A DNA stretch of 64,000 nucleotides from Gekko japonicus (taxonomy: Eukaryota). Below the pieces are notes generated by a model. That model did no database searches. It saw only the letters and a list, made by a program, of their open reading frames with translations, and was not told where the DNA came from. The DNA is taken from positions 1,094,584 through 1,158,583 of the forward strand of contig NW_015174272.1 in NCBI RefSeq assembly GCF_001447785.1, given 5' to 3'. Below, piece after piece: positions 1-12,390 of this stretch. Each line of letters opens with the position of its first letter. Position 1 is the stretch's first letter. A program made the position numbers and the translations under genes.

Positions 1-32
1 AACTAGCACAGCATGTAAAGAACTATGCTAGC

Positions 33-246
33 TAGGGTCGCAGCTGCAGGTTGGGAGTTTCCTGGAGATTTGGTGGAGGGAGGGCAAGGTTTGGGGAAGG
101 CGAGGAACCTCATTAGGGTATGAATGATGCCATAAAGTCTACCTTCCAGTACTGCCTTTTTCTCTGGGGGAACTGATCTCTGTAGTCTGGAGATCAGTTG
201 TTATTCCAGGAGATCTCCAGGCCAGTCCTGGAGGTTGGCAAGCCTA
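33..246. mobile_element. Older TAGGGTTGCCA-type non-autonomous DNA element (related copies ~4081-4260, ~7946-8146, ~17960-18170, ~28018-28198)
   Basis: Shared internal ctggagatcagtt/ggagatctcc sequence and degenerate TAGGGTTGCCA...TGGCAACCCTA ends. Confidence 0.7.
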
Positions 247-1008
247 GTTAGAACCGTCCTCCCTGGTGCACTGTCTTGTTTGAAGGGGGATTTTTCAATG
301 AGGGAGCACTGAAAACACACCGTCCACCTGCCACCTGAGGTGGTACTGTCCATTTTAGCTCCTCAGAATCCTACCACCTACGTAAATTCGCATTAGAAGC
401 CCAATGCTAAACAGTAGGATAGATCCCACTTCATTCAGAGATTTATTTTCTAGTGAGCGTGCCTAGGATTGCTATCTAACTTTGCTTGCATCAGACACTC
501 AAGCATTAGCCCCCGAGCCTGGACTTCCTGCCTTTGTGGCTCTTTTCCGCCTGCGCCATGTAAGATGGCATTTCCTATGCTTTAGAAAAATAAAAATAAA
601 AGGTCCTTGTCTGAACCTTGAACAGGAGCCCGCAGCAACTAGGATATTGGTCATTTGGGAGGCAGGGGCTCAGACCCTCACTAGGAATGCTGCTTCAATT
701 TTCTGCTCTGCTTTTTGCCAAGCATGGCCTCAGTTCTTCTGCAAACACATCTGATTTTAGAAGGCTGCCCTTATTCCAGAATCAGCACTCATTTATTATT
801 TAGGTCTTTATACCCCACTTTTCTCCCCAATGGGAACTCAAAATGGTTTTCAGCATTGATTTACTTCATTCATACTACACCTTTCTCCCCAATGAGAACC
901 CAAAGCGGCTTCCATCCTTCTCCTCTCCTCCATTTTATCCTCACAATAACCCTGTGGTGCAGGATAAGCAGAGAGTCATTCTCCCCTTCTCTATTTCATA
1001 CTCAGAAC

Positions 1009-1214
1009 CAATGTTCCCTCTAAACTGTGGAGTCTTGTGAGCAAAAATTCTACTTTTTGAGCTACTGGCATTAAAGTTGTGAGTGAGTGATTTGGCTGCT
1101 GCATCAGTTAGTTTGCTCTGGAGCCATCCTTCCTGAGCTAAGACAGAAATGTGTGAGCTGGAGGCTAAAAAACTGTGAGCTAGCTCACACTAACTCAGTT
1201 TAGAGGGAACACTG
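1009..1214 (+). mobile_element. ~206-bp hAT MITE (family A)
   Basis: TIRs CARTGTTCCCTCTAA...TTAGAGGGAACACTG; 8-bp TSD CTCAGAAC; inserted into an older SINE. Confidence 0.92.
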
Positions 1215-1311
1215 CTCAGAACCCTGTGAAATCAGTCAGTCAGGCTGAGAGTGACCACCCCGAGGTCACTCAGTAAGCTCCATGGCTGAGTGGAGATTCA
1301 AACCTGGGTCT

Positions 1312-1554
1312 CCCTGGCTGTTGTCAACTGGTAAAAAAGAAAGGACCGCCCCTCTGCCTGACTAATGAAGACCATAAAGACTGATATACGACTGTAAACT
1401 GAGAATGTGGCAAACAGGCAGTTGAAATTATGACTCCTGGCTGTTGTCAACTGGTAAAAAGAAAGGACCGCCCCTCTGTCTGACTAATGAAGACCATAAA
1501 GACTGACATACGATTGTAAACTGAGAATGTGGCAAACAGGCAGTTGAAATTATG
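1312..1554. repeat. ~121-bp tandem duplication, left palindrome arm only
   Basis: cctggctgttgtcaactgg...gttgaaattatga occurs twice here and once in the right arm. Confidence 0.93.
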
Positions 1555-1993
1555 AACAAAGACCACATAAGTACCTTTTATTAGGACTAATCAAACTGAC
1601 ACAAAACATTGTGTATGCTTTTGAGCCCGACAGAACTCTTCATCAGGCTACAATATGTCTGTCATGTAGGCACACTGATGAGAGAGCTGGGACTAGCTGC
1701 AGTGCCTGTAAAGTGAACGCACAGGGCAGAACTACACACCGTGGGAAACATGCAGCAGCTCCCCATCTCTGCCCCCTCTTCCCTGTAACGTGCAGCAACA
1801 TTTACCCCCATAGGATATCACATTGCGCACAGCCCCATCCTCACTCCATTGGTTCATCTTATTTATTTATTTGCCACATTTTAATCCCATTTTAATCCCA
1901 TCCTTCCTCCAAAGAGATCAGGACAGCAAAAACCATTTCCTCCAAACAACAACAACACTAATGAAGCAGGTTAGAATGAGAGTGACAGGCCTA

Positions 1994-2076
1994 AGGTCTG
2001 ATGGCATACACCCAGGAGTTCTTAGGGAACTCAAATGTGAGATAGTTGATCTATTAACCTGTCTATGTAACCTATC
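1994..2076 (+). mobile_element. CR1 LINE ORF2 fragment (palindrome centre)
   Basis: Encodes SDGIHPGVLRELKCEIVDLLTCLCNLS, the CR1 GPDGIHPRVLKEL motif. Confidence 0.8.
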
Positions 2077-2779
2077 TCACATTTGAGTTCCCTAAGAACT
2101 CCTGGGTGTATGCCATCAGACCTTAGGCCTGTCACTCTCATTCTAACCTGCTTCATTAGTGTTGTTGTTGTTTTGAGGAAATGGTTTTTGCTGTCCTGAT
2201 CTCTTTGGAGGAATGATGGGATTAAAATGGGATTAAAATGTGGCAAATAAATAAATAAGATGAACCAATGGAGTGAGGATGGGGCTGTGCGCAATGTGAT
2301 ATCCTATGGGGGTAAATGTTGCTGCACGTTACAGGGAAGAGGGGGCAGAGATGGGGAGCTGCTGCATGTTTCCCACGGTGTGTAGTTCTGCCCTGTGCGT
2401 TCACTTTACAGGCACTGCAGCTAGTCCCAGCTCTCTCATCAGTGTGCCTACATGACAGACATATTGTAGCCTGATGAAGAGTTCTGTCGGGCTCAAAAGC
2501 ATACACAATGTTTTGTCTCAGTTTGATTAGTCCTAATAAAAGGTACTTATGTGGTCTTTGTTCATAATTTCAACTGCCTGTTTGCCACATTCTCAGTTTA
2601 CAGTCGTATATCAGTCTTTATGGTCTTCATTAGTCAGACAGAGGGGCGGTCCTTTCTTTTTACCAGTTGACAACAGCCAGGAGGACCCAGGTTTGAATCT
2701 CCACTCAGCCATGGAGCTTACTGAGTGACCTCGGGGTGGTCACTCTCAGCCTGACTGACTGATTTCACAGGGTTCTGAG

Positions 2780-2985
2780 CAGTGTTCCCTCTAAACTGAG
2801 TTAGTGTGAGCTAGCTCACAGTTTTTTAGCCTCCAGCTCACACATTTCTGTCTTAGCTCAGGAAGGATGGCTCCAGAGCAAACTAACTGATGCAGCAGCC
2901 AAATCACTCACTCACAACTTTAATGCCAGTAGCTCAAAAAGTAGAATTTTTGCTCACAAGACTCCACAGTTTAGAGGGAACATTG
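2780..2985 (-). mobile_element. hAT MITE family A (copy made by the inverted duplication)
   Basis: Reverse complement of 1009-1214, TSD included. Confidence 0.92.
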
Positions 2986-3225
2986 GTTCTGAGTATGAAA
3001 TAGAGAAGGGGAGAATGACTCTCCGCTTATCCTGCACCACAGGGTTATTGTGAGGATAAAATGGAGGAGAGGAGAAGGATGGAAGCCGCTTTGGGTTCTC
3101 ATTGGGGAGAAAGGTGTAGTATGAATGAAGTAAATCAATGCTGAAAACCATTTTGAGTTCCCATTGGGGAGAAAAGTGGAGTATAAAGACCTAAATAATA
3201 AATGAGTGCTGATTCTGGAATAAGG

Positions 3226-3915
3226 AATGTTGGTAAGTGTCAGATGATGCACAGCGGGACAAAAAAACCCCTCAGCTTCAAGTATAGGCTAATGGGGTCT
3301 GAACTTGCTGAAAGTGAGAGGGGAAAAGATCTTGGGGTCGTAGTGGATAGCTCAATGAATGTGTCAAGCCAGTGTGCTGCAGCAGTGAGAAAGGCAAGCT
3401 CTATGTAGCAGAATATTAGGAAAGGGATTGAAAATGAAACGGCTGATATTGTGATGCCCCTGTATACATCTATGGTGCGGGGCCTCATCTGGCATACTGT
3501 GTACAGTTCTGGTCACTGTAGCTCAAAAAAGACATTGCAGAGCTGGAAAAAGTACAGAGGAGGACAATCAAAATGATGAGGGGGTTGAAGCACCTTCCCT
3601 GCGAGGAAAGGCTGAAGAGTCTGGAACTTTTCAGTTTAGAAAACAGGCGACTAAGAGGGGACATGATAGAAGTTTATAAATTATGCATAGGGTGGAGAGA
3701 GTTGACAAAGAAAAAATTCCTCCCTGTCCCAAAATGGAGCTGATGGGCAGTAGATTCAGAATGGACAAAAGGAAACACCACTTTACACAGAGAGTGATTA
3801 AAATGTGGAATTTGCTACCAGAGGATGTAGTGATGGCCACAGAAATGCTGGACTAGACAGGATGCTGGACTAGATGGACCACTGGTCTGATTCAGCAGGG
3901 CTCTTCTTATGCTGT
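3226..3915 (+). mobile_element. CR1 LINE 3' portion (degenerate ORF2 end plus 3' UTR)
   Basis: NVGKC...KDLGVVVDSSMNVSSQCAAAVRKA...VQFWS...ELEKVQRR...[12 protein letters not shown]; ends in ggactagatggacc...ctcttcttatg. Confidence 0.92.
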
Positions 3916-5764
3916 TATGTCACCCAGTGGACTTCATAGCACAATGGAGATTTGAACTTGGATCCTAGTGCAATGCTCTAGCTGCCACACCACTGCAAGA
4001 GTCTCTCCAAGGTCTCGAGTCAGGTCTTTCTCAGCCCCGGATCTGAGATCCTTTAACTGGAGATGCCAAAGGGGCATTGGTAGGGTTGCCAACCTCCAGG
4101 TGGGGCCTGAAGATCTCCCGTTATTACTACTGATCTCCAGATGGCAGAGATCAGTTCTCCTGGAGGAAATGGCTGCCTTGGAGGGTGAGCTCTATGGCAT
4201 TGTACCCTGCTGAGGTCTCTCCCCTCTCCAAACCCCACCTTCCCCCACTCCCCCAAATCACCTTATCCTTTGGCATGCCAAGCATGTGCTCTGTCACTGA
4301 GTTATTTCCCCTCTCCACTTAAGGAGTATTCAGAGTAATAAGCAAGTGAGGGTACCCAAAAGGCAAAGGATGCTTTCTAGCTCCATCAGAGACCGATTCC
4401 AGATTTCATGCAAATATCTGCACTTTGGGAGGGGGCAATTTTGATTGGGGAAGCAGCAGGTACGGAGAAAAGAGTTAAGCAGGACCCACCCATGCAACTC
4501 CTCTGCGCAAAATCATCCCCTCCTGTTGCACGTTTGCTTACCAAAAGGGTTCTGCTATGCGCATTTCCAAATAACATGCAGCTAGCCCCTCTGAAATAGC
4601 TTTGAACTAAACCTGTCTGTGTTTAGTTATGGCAACAAAACTTTGTGCTTCATCAATCACAAGGAAGAAAAAAACTGCCCCTTGGGTTTTGCATGGGGGG
4701 AAAACAAATCTTGTCCAGTGCAGATGTTAGGTTTGGAAGCAGTGGCTTCCTGACTGTTACTTCATAACCTCCTAACCCGTTTTCACTTTGATAATTATCC
4801 GTCTCTATTCACACCAAATCCAGCTATTTCTTCCAAATAACAAAAAAGGGTACCTTGACTGAGTTTGAACACAAAATGTTGAGATTTTAACATATGAACC
4901 CCCCAGGTCATCATTTACATGACGTTTGGGTGACTTTCATGTAAAATCTGAATGGAATACATTAATTAAAGTAGGCTATAAAAACAGAAGTGGAGTTGTA
5001 GCAGTTGAGCTTGCATAGGAGAACTTCTTGCTGGATCACACCCTATAGATCAAACCTACCTCTGTCTCATTCTGCTGCCCTTACAAAAGGCCACAGATCA
5101 GCCACCCGACCCAGCCTCAAGTAAAGCCTGTCTCCAGTTGGATTTGAGATTGGCACAATAAGATTGTGTCATGTGCACATACACACATGCACACATACAA
5201 ACACCCCCTTTAAATTGAGCAATAAGGCTCCAGTCATCTGGCAGTATCTGCCCCTGCATTGGGTAACCAGATGTCAAAGATGTGACGGCTTTAGTACTCT
5301 GAGGCTTGGCTCCTGTGAACAAGTTTTGTGCACACTAAGTAGTTCTGTTGTGAAGCTCACTCGCTCTTCTGCTAAAACATCTGTTTGCACAAGGGCCCAA
5401 TGAAAAACATTGCTCTTGTGCAAATGGAAGTTTTGGTGGAAGAGGATGAGAGGTGGCAGAGGAAGAGGTGGCAGAGACTATCTAGCAAGCATGGGACTTG
5501 TTTATGGGGTCCAAGCCTTAATGATCTCGTAAAAGAATGACTTTCTGGAAGCTGCACCTGCCGAAATCCCATCTTTTGCACAACAGTTTTAGTATGGCAC
5601 AGCTGCCCTACTTCATGCTTGCTGTACTTCCTTCACAACTGCTATCACCCTGTAGGAAATCAATGAGTTTTGGATTATATAGATTAATGCAGTAAAAGCC
5701 AGGTTTTCTAAGGATTCTGCCCTGGGATGGATTCATAACCTTTTAAACTCTATAATTGTGGCCA

Positions 5765-5997
5765 AATTTATTTATTTCACTTATACTCCCCCCTTTTCTC
5801 CCCAATGGGGACCCAAACTGGCTTAAAACATTCTCCCCTTCTCCATTTTATTCTCACAACACACCTGCAAAGTAGGTTAGTCTGAGAATGTGTAACTGGC
5901 CCAAGATCACCTAACAAGATTCCATGCCAGAGTGGGAATTTGAACCTGGGTCTCCCAGATCCTAATCCGACATTCTAACCACTACACCACACTGGCT
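5765..5997 (-). mobile_element. Older MIR/Squam3A-like SINE (similar relics ~790-1310, ~43960-44165, ~48310-48425, ~51615-51830, ~60370-60490)
   Basis: tttatt tail, ctcacaaca...gtaggttag CORE-like segment, tttgaacctggg B-box, accactacacca A-box (reverse strand). Confidence 0.7.
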
Positions 5998-6262
5998 AGA
6001 AACACCTAGCTCTTAAGGGACTAACCACATGTTATGTTTTTCCCGGGTCTTCCTGGGTCCATGCAATGAGATACATACTTCCGAGTTCCCCACTGGGAAT
6101 TCTATTCCACACGGGGTCCAATTTGAAACAGGACCACAGTGTATTAGGAGCGTCTGTCCTCCCCTGAATTGCTTTATTGACCTGAAATGGCCACAGGGGA
6201 GGCTTCCATCACTGATGAGGTACAAAACGTTTTCCCAGTAGGGCAAACAGTACTCCCCAATT

Positions 6263-6468
6263 CAATGTTCCCTCTAAGCTGTGGAGTCCTGTGAGCAAAA
6301 ATTCTACTTTGTGAGCTACTGGCATTAAAATTGTGAGCAGGTAATCTGGCTACTGCATAAATTAGTTTGCTCTGGAGCCGTCCTTCCTGAGCTAAGACAA
6401 AAATGTGTGAGCCGGAGGCTAAAAAACTGTGAGCTAGCTCACACTAACTCAGCTTAGAGGGAACACTG
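6263..6468 (+). mobile_element. hAT MITE family A
   Basis: Same TIRs and internal sequence; imperfect TSD (ctccccaatt / ctccccat). Confidence 0.9.
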
Positions 6469-6864
6469 CTCCCCATAGCCATTTCAGCTCAAGAAAATGG
6501 TGCCAGGAGGAAAGGTATAAACATCCTCTCCCCACGCACCACAGTCCAAATCAAGGCCATACACCTGGAAATGGGCAAGCACACATCCTTTAGCAGTTAA
6601 AATATAGCACAAAAACTGAGGGATCTTTACACTTCCATTCTGCTATGAAGATCAGTGGTGGATGAGCTTGGGCCAGTCCCTCTCAGCCTAACCCACCTCA
6701 CAGGCTGTTGTGTAGATAAAGTGGAGGAGGGGGGCACAATGCATGCCACCCTGAGATCTTTGGAAGGGGTGAGATTAAAATGTAAGAGAGAGCTGCTGCT
6801 GCTTCTTCTTTTAATGCCTCCCCCCTCCAAAATTCACTATCCTGGTAGGGATGGTTCCTGTAAT

Positions 6865-7142
6865 AGTTTGGTGTAGTGGTTAAGTGTGCGGACTCTAATC
6901 TGGGAGAACCGGGTTTGAGTCCCCACTCCTCCACTTGCACCTGCTGATGTGACCTTGGGTCAGTCACAAGCTCTGGCACAGCTGTCCTTGAAAAAGAGCA
7001 GTTTGTGTCAGAGTTCTCTCAGCCCCACCCACCCCACAGGGTGCCTGTTGTGGGGAGGGGAAGGGAAAGGAGTTTGTAAGCCGCTCTGAGACTCCAAGTG
7101 AAGGGCGGCGTATAAATCCAATCTCCTCCTCTTCTTCTTCTT
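6865..7142 (+). mobile_element. tRNA-derived SINE (Squam3-like, CTT tail)
   Basis: A-box TGGTGTAGTGG, B-box-like GGTTTGAGTCC, tail tataaatccaatctc(ctt)n. Confidence 0.88.
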
Positions 7143-10100
7143 GTGTGTGTATTCATACAAACGAAGGGCACAAACATTCACAGTGGTTCAATGGAATGGA
7201 ATACTCACAACAAAACTCTGAGCCAAACTAGACGTGACACCAGTCATGTAACTACCCCTAAGCCTTCCTGAACCTCCATGGTGTTCTTAACCCCACCTTT
7301 CCCTGTCAGTGCACTTCACAGAATGACCTTCAAATTAGCACCATCCCTGTTGCTCTGCCATTTGGTGCTGTGTGCTGTCATGAATACCCAGGCCACCAAT
7401 AAAATGCAACCACTCTGTCTGGCAGAGGTAAAAAGACACGGGGAGTATAAAAATGTCATTAGTGGCTCTTCAGATTTAGTCCCAGTTCTTGCCCATGAAG
7501 GAGAGACATCAGCAAGCTGTAGGCCCTGAAGCAGAATCATTTTAAGTAGAATCAGGGTAGTAAATATGATTGTTAACCCTCTTGGTTTAAAGAAACAATT
7601 ACGATCCATGCCTCACACCTTTCTGACCACCAATCCCCCTTCCTCCCTTCTGAGGTCACTCACAAAAGGCGGAGTCTGGATAACGTCTTTCACCAGCTGC
7701 AGCCACTGAACATCTGACGCTACCTGATATTGAGTCTTTAATTAGTCCATGTAGCCCGGTATTGTTTACTGGGACTGGCAGTGGATTCCTCCAAAACTCC
7801 ATGCAGAGAAAGTTCTTATCCAGCCTAGATTTTGACGTCTAACACCACCAGCGTAACTTTTAAAAAACATTTCTAGCTCTTAGGAGTGGTTTCAAAACAT
7901 AAGACCAAGGTCTGGTAAAGCCAGGCTTCCAGTATGGCTTATGGGTATGGTTGCCAGCTCTGGGTTGGGAAATGCCTGGAGATTTTGGGGGTAGAACCTG
8001 AGGAGGGTAAGGCTTGGGGTATAAAGCCATAGAGCCCAACTTCCAAGGTGGCCATTTGCTCCAGGTGGACTGACTGAGGTTGCCAGGAGATCAGTTATAA
8101 TAGCAGGAGTTCTCTAGCCACCACCTGTAGGCTGGCAATCCTCCTAATGGGGTGGGGGAGTATCTTATGGCTGTGGGGTGTCAGTATCCTGTCTCTCCAA
8201 CCCAGGGGGGAGTACGGACAATTACAATGACTGCCCATATGCTAAACTTGGTATGGGGTGCAGAATCCTTTATCCTGAAAGCCTCAGCTTTTATTTTTAA
8301 CGATGGGGGGGGGGGAACCCTCTAATGTCACTGTGGATTGCACAGTGAAACAGAAGAGCTCATGGAAGAAATCATGCAGGATTTCCTGTGGTCAGGAAGT
8401 AAAACTCTAGAGGCATGCACAATTCTTTGTCCTTCCCTGTGAGTGGGGGAACCTAAATAAATTGTACAAAACAAATACATGATTTATACAGGTTGCACAA
8501 TTCAGAATATGTAAAATGTTGCAGCAGTCCAAATCATGCAGAGTTCTGTCCATGCCTACTCTTTTCAGGCTGATGCCTATAGCTTTCCATTGCCTAGCCT
8601 CTGTACCTTCCTTCAGTTTCTCCAGTAATTACACACACACACACAAGCCTAAAAAAACCCCCAAATCACCATGTTCCTGAAAACTAATCTTGCAAGCAGA
8701 AGTTATACAAAGATATACAAATGGACTTAATCTGAATCACACACGTGAAGCTGGCTTCAGTTGAATCAGACAAGTGAATCCATCAAGGTCAGTATTTTCT
8801 ACTCGAACTGGCAGCAGCTCATCAGAGCCTCAGGCAGAAGTCTTTCACATCACCTACTCCCCAGTCCCTTTTATTTGGGGATGCTGGGAAATGAGCCTGA
8901 TCCACAGCCCCTCCTCTGTCCCCTTTTAGGATCATCTAGCCCAGTCCAATTATAGGTTTGTAAAGAGCTGAAAGCCTGTACAGTATAAAAGTTTGGTTGT
9001 GGAATACTAAGCAGAGCTAAACCTTTCCAAGTCCAATGAAGTCAACAGACTTAGAAGGGTATAACTCTGTTTAGGATTGCACTGCAAATGGCAGTTCACG
9101 CTAAATCGTGATGGCGGCTTAACAAAACCGGGAAAGAGTGTAGAAAGAGTTGCTATTCCTGTGGGACTAAAATTGAGGGGAGGGGTAGAGTGTGGTTCCA
9201 GACAAAGCCCCTATGTCCTTTAACCCCCAAATACTACTATTCCTCCTAGGAAGACAACCGGACCATCAGCAGCTGCACTGGGGGAATGCAGAATCTATTG
9301 AATGTCTGCCTGTCACATATCCAGAAAAGGCACACGAGCACTGCCAGAAACCAACAGTGATTCTAGAAGATGGGAAATATCACATGGACTATGCCCTGGG
9401 GTTCTGCTCTTAGTTGTGGGAGGAGAAGGAGGTCTGATGGCTCCATGTAAAGGGGCCTGGAGTTCAGACTCCTAACTTTAAGTTCAACAACTGCAAGCAC
9501 AACTTGGTTTGGTGATTTACTGGCTACATTCCTCAAACGACAGGTGAGGAGAAAAACATTTCAGAAAAGAACAAGTATCAACTAGGCCACACTGCCTTTC
9601 AAATCCAGGGTTTTGCTCCCTCACAACTTTGTTTGAAATATCATCCCAGAGCTCCAAACTCACTTGGCAGTGGTACAGCCAAATCTTTGCAGGCCTGGAA
9701 TTGGTTGCAGCTGCTTTCTAATTATTCCTCAATTGCTATTTTCACTCAGTAATTATACCCGCACGACATATTGGTGGCAGATTTGAAGCATTCAGTGACA
9801 GGATGCCCAAAAGGAATACATGAATAAAAGCTGCACCTAAGTTTGTTAGCTCCCGCTAGAGCTCACTAGACTCCATTCTTCCTTTCCAAAACTGAGGAGC
9901 CTCGATTCTAGATTAGGGTGGTCCACACATTCATGCATCAACCATCAGCATCAAGTGCAAGCAGCCATTTCACTAGTTCTAGGACAGGGAGTTTGGAGTT
10001 GCTAAGCAACCACAGGGTGCATCCTCCCCTACAACCACTAGGCACAGTGCCTGGGTGATCAGAATGGAGTGTACACAATCCACATGCCCATTCCAGTGCA

Positions 10101-11501
10101 GTCCACAAGGCTCTACTGTCCTCTCAGAGCAAAGGCCCCAGAAACCCTAGCACCCTCTGCCTTATTCCTCAGCCCCTACCTAGCAAGTACTTCTATGAAA
10201 AAAGTTTCCTAAAATAAGCCCTTCCCTTTGATGGGATTCTGTTTCCAGGGAAGTGATGCAACCGAGCTGAAATATCCACACCACTGATTACTTCGGTCTC
10301 CGTCAAGACTCGGCAACCCATCCTTCTCAGCAGAGCTTCCAAACTGGTTCCCCTGTTGGCCTGCTTAGCTTTCTTTGTGGGAAGTCTATCTGGGTTGCTC
10401 TCTGAGCTGTGGTCTTCTATTTCCTCTCAACATCAGTTTCCGTTCCCCCTCTGAATAGGAAGGAATTTGCATCCCTCTGCCAGAATAAAGCCCTGGGTGT
10501 TTCTTCCAGATGGGAGGGTTGTGAAGATGTACGAGTTTCTCTCTCCTGCTGGAAAGCAGCCGAGAGGAAACTGATAGCTATTTCCACCCTCTTCTACCCA
10601 ACGTCGTACAGAGCTAACTGCGCAGGGAGGGAAGCCATATGCTTCTATAACGTCATCCCATTAGCAATTGTGTCTACAGTTGTGTGGGAAATTCAGTCCC
10701 TTGCCAGAGACAGCTCCCTTTGAAATCTCAAACCGGAAGTCCAAATTCTGAAATGCAATCCAGCCAGGCAGCTGGATTCCATTGAATAAGATTTCTTCTT
10801 GGGTTCTTTTCCCTTTTTGTAAGGAGTGAGGAGAGAACAAATGGATCTTTCAGAGCACAGTTCTTAAAACGTAGGTAATGCGTTTTTTGTCTTTGCTGTT
10901 TTGTTGCATTTCTTTCAATAATTTAAAAACAACAACAACATAGGTTTCCATTTAAGTTAACTCAACTACAGTGAAAAATAAAGGTGTTTGTAAATCTAAA
11001 CAAGCATAGAGCAGTATGTTGTAGTTTCTTGCTCTGTTATGGAACAGGCCAGCCATTCTTTTCCTAGCCTTTACAGTTGTTAAAACAAATTCATAAATAT
11101 GAATAGAAACTGTGCCTGCCAAAAACCTGAAGCAATGCTCAGAAAAGTGTCGGTTGCCTCATTCCATTTCAGTCCAGGCCTTAGAAGATTTCTACTCATT
11201 GCCAGGTATGTGAACCAATGCTTTTTCGCACTCTCTTGTCTTCTTTCAGGGAGACATGTAAGTGTGCTTATACCAAGGGTCTGCCCAAGATATTTTGAAG
11301 TGGAAAATCCAAATGACGCCACCCATTGATCAATTAAGATGGTGCACAATCCACAAGGAAATTCTGCTGTGGAAGCCTCGCTTAGATGAACGGGAGCTAC
11401 GCAGGTCCTGTTCAGCTGGGTGGGGAGCTTGGGTAGCAGAACTTCCCAGTGGGTTGTGGCCTGAGTGTCAGATTCATCAGTCTCCCACCCTGCCACTCTT
11501 A

Positions 11502-11588
11502 CAATGTAATCCTAAGCAAAGTTCACCCTTCTAAGTCCACTCAAGTAAACGGGCCTAGAAGGGTGTAACTCTGTTTAAGATTGTACTG
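11502..11588. mobile_element. ~87-bp palindromic Tourist/Harbinger-type mini-MITE (similar copies ~9008-9084, ~24396-24484)
   Basis: Self-complementary ccttctaagtcc...agaaggg core; TTA on both sides. Confidence 0.7.
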
Positions 11589-12183
11589 TTAGTGGCACTC
11601 ACAATCTGCCACCCAAGGCATCCTGCTCACCCTGCCTCATGACAGGGTCACCACCATTTGACATCAGAAATTAACCAGTTTGTTACGGCATGAATTTTCT
11701 TAGGCAACAGCCTACCACATTACATGCTGACAAAGTAATTATAATCAGAGCTCCATAAACTAATTGTGGGTAAATCATTATGAGAAATCGCCATATTATG
11801 CCCTGCTACAGATTACCTTTTCTGATCACCCAAAACAATTACCCAATCTCAAAAGGTAAACTGTGAAACGAAAACTTTGTAACCCACCCAAAGAAATTAC
11901 TTTCACTCAAACTCCACAAGTGAATTCACCCAGTGGGTAGGTTCACTTTATTTACATATGCCACTTTCATTACATGGATGCAAAAACTATCTACAGGAGA
12001 AAAAACAGCACAAAAATCAATGTTTAAATGTTAAAAAAACCAGAATAGAATCAGGCCTGGTCTTTTTACCACCTGATGCAAATGTGAGAACCCAGGAAAC
12101 TTTTTCTTCTGGCAGGGAAAAGTACCTCAAAGAAGATTCCATATACACATGTGGCATATCTGCTTCTCTAGAGTAGCTGACAC

Positions 12184-12390
12184 CAATGCTCCCTCTAAGC
12201 TGTGGGGCCTTGTGAGCAAAAATTCCACTTTGTGAGCTCCTGGCATGAAAGTTGTGAGCGAGCGATTTGGCTGCTGCATCAATTCGTTTGCTCTGGAGCC
12301 ATCCCTTCCTGAGCTGAGGCAAAAATGTGTGAGCCGGAGGCTGAAAAACTGTGAGCTAGCTCACACTAACTCAGCTTAGAGGGAACACTG
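12184..12390 (+). mobile_element. hAT MITE family A
   Basis: TIRs; TSD GCTGACAC. Confidence 0.92.

Larger units (their letters stand above)
769..3225. repeat. Long inverted repeat: arms 769-2045 and 2072-3225, 26-nt spacer
   Basis: The arms are direct reverse complements; mirrored ORFs 1611..1895(+) and 2222..2506(-) give the same protein; only a few substitutions. Confidence 0.97.

Noticed and set aside
1611-2506. Identical mirrored ORFs on opposite strands
   Set aside because: A by-product of the palindrome; no protein similarity apart from the short CR1 piece
6865-6940. tRNA-like A/B boxes
   Set aside because: These are SINE heads with SINE bodies and tails, not tRNA genes
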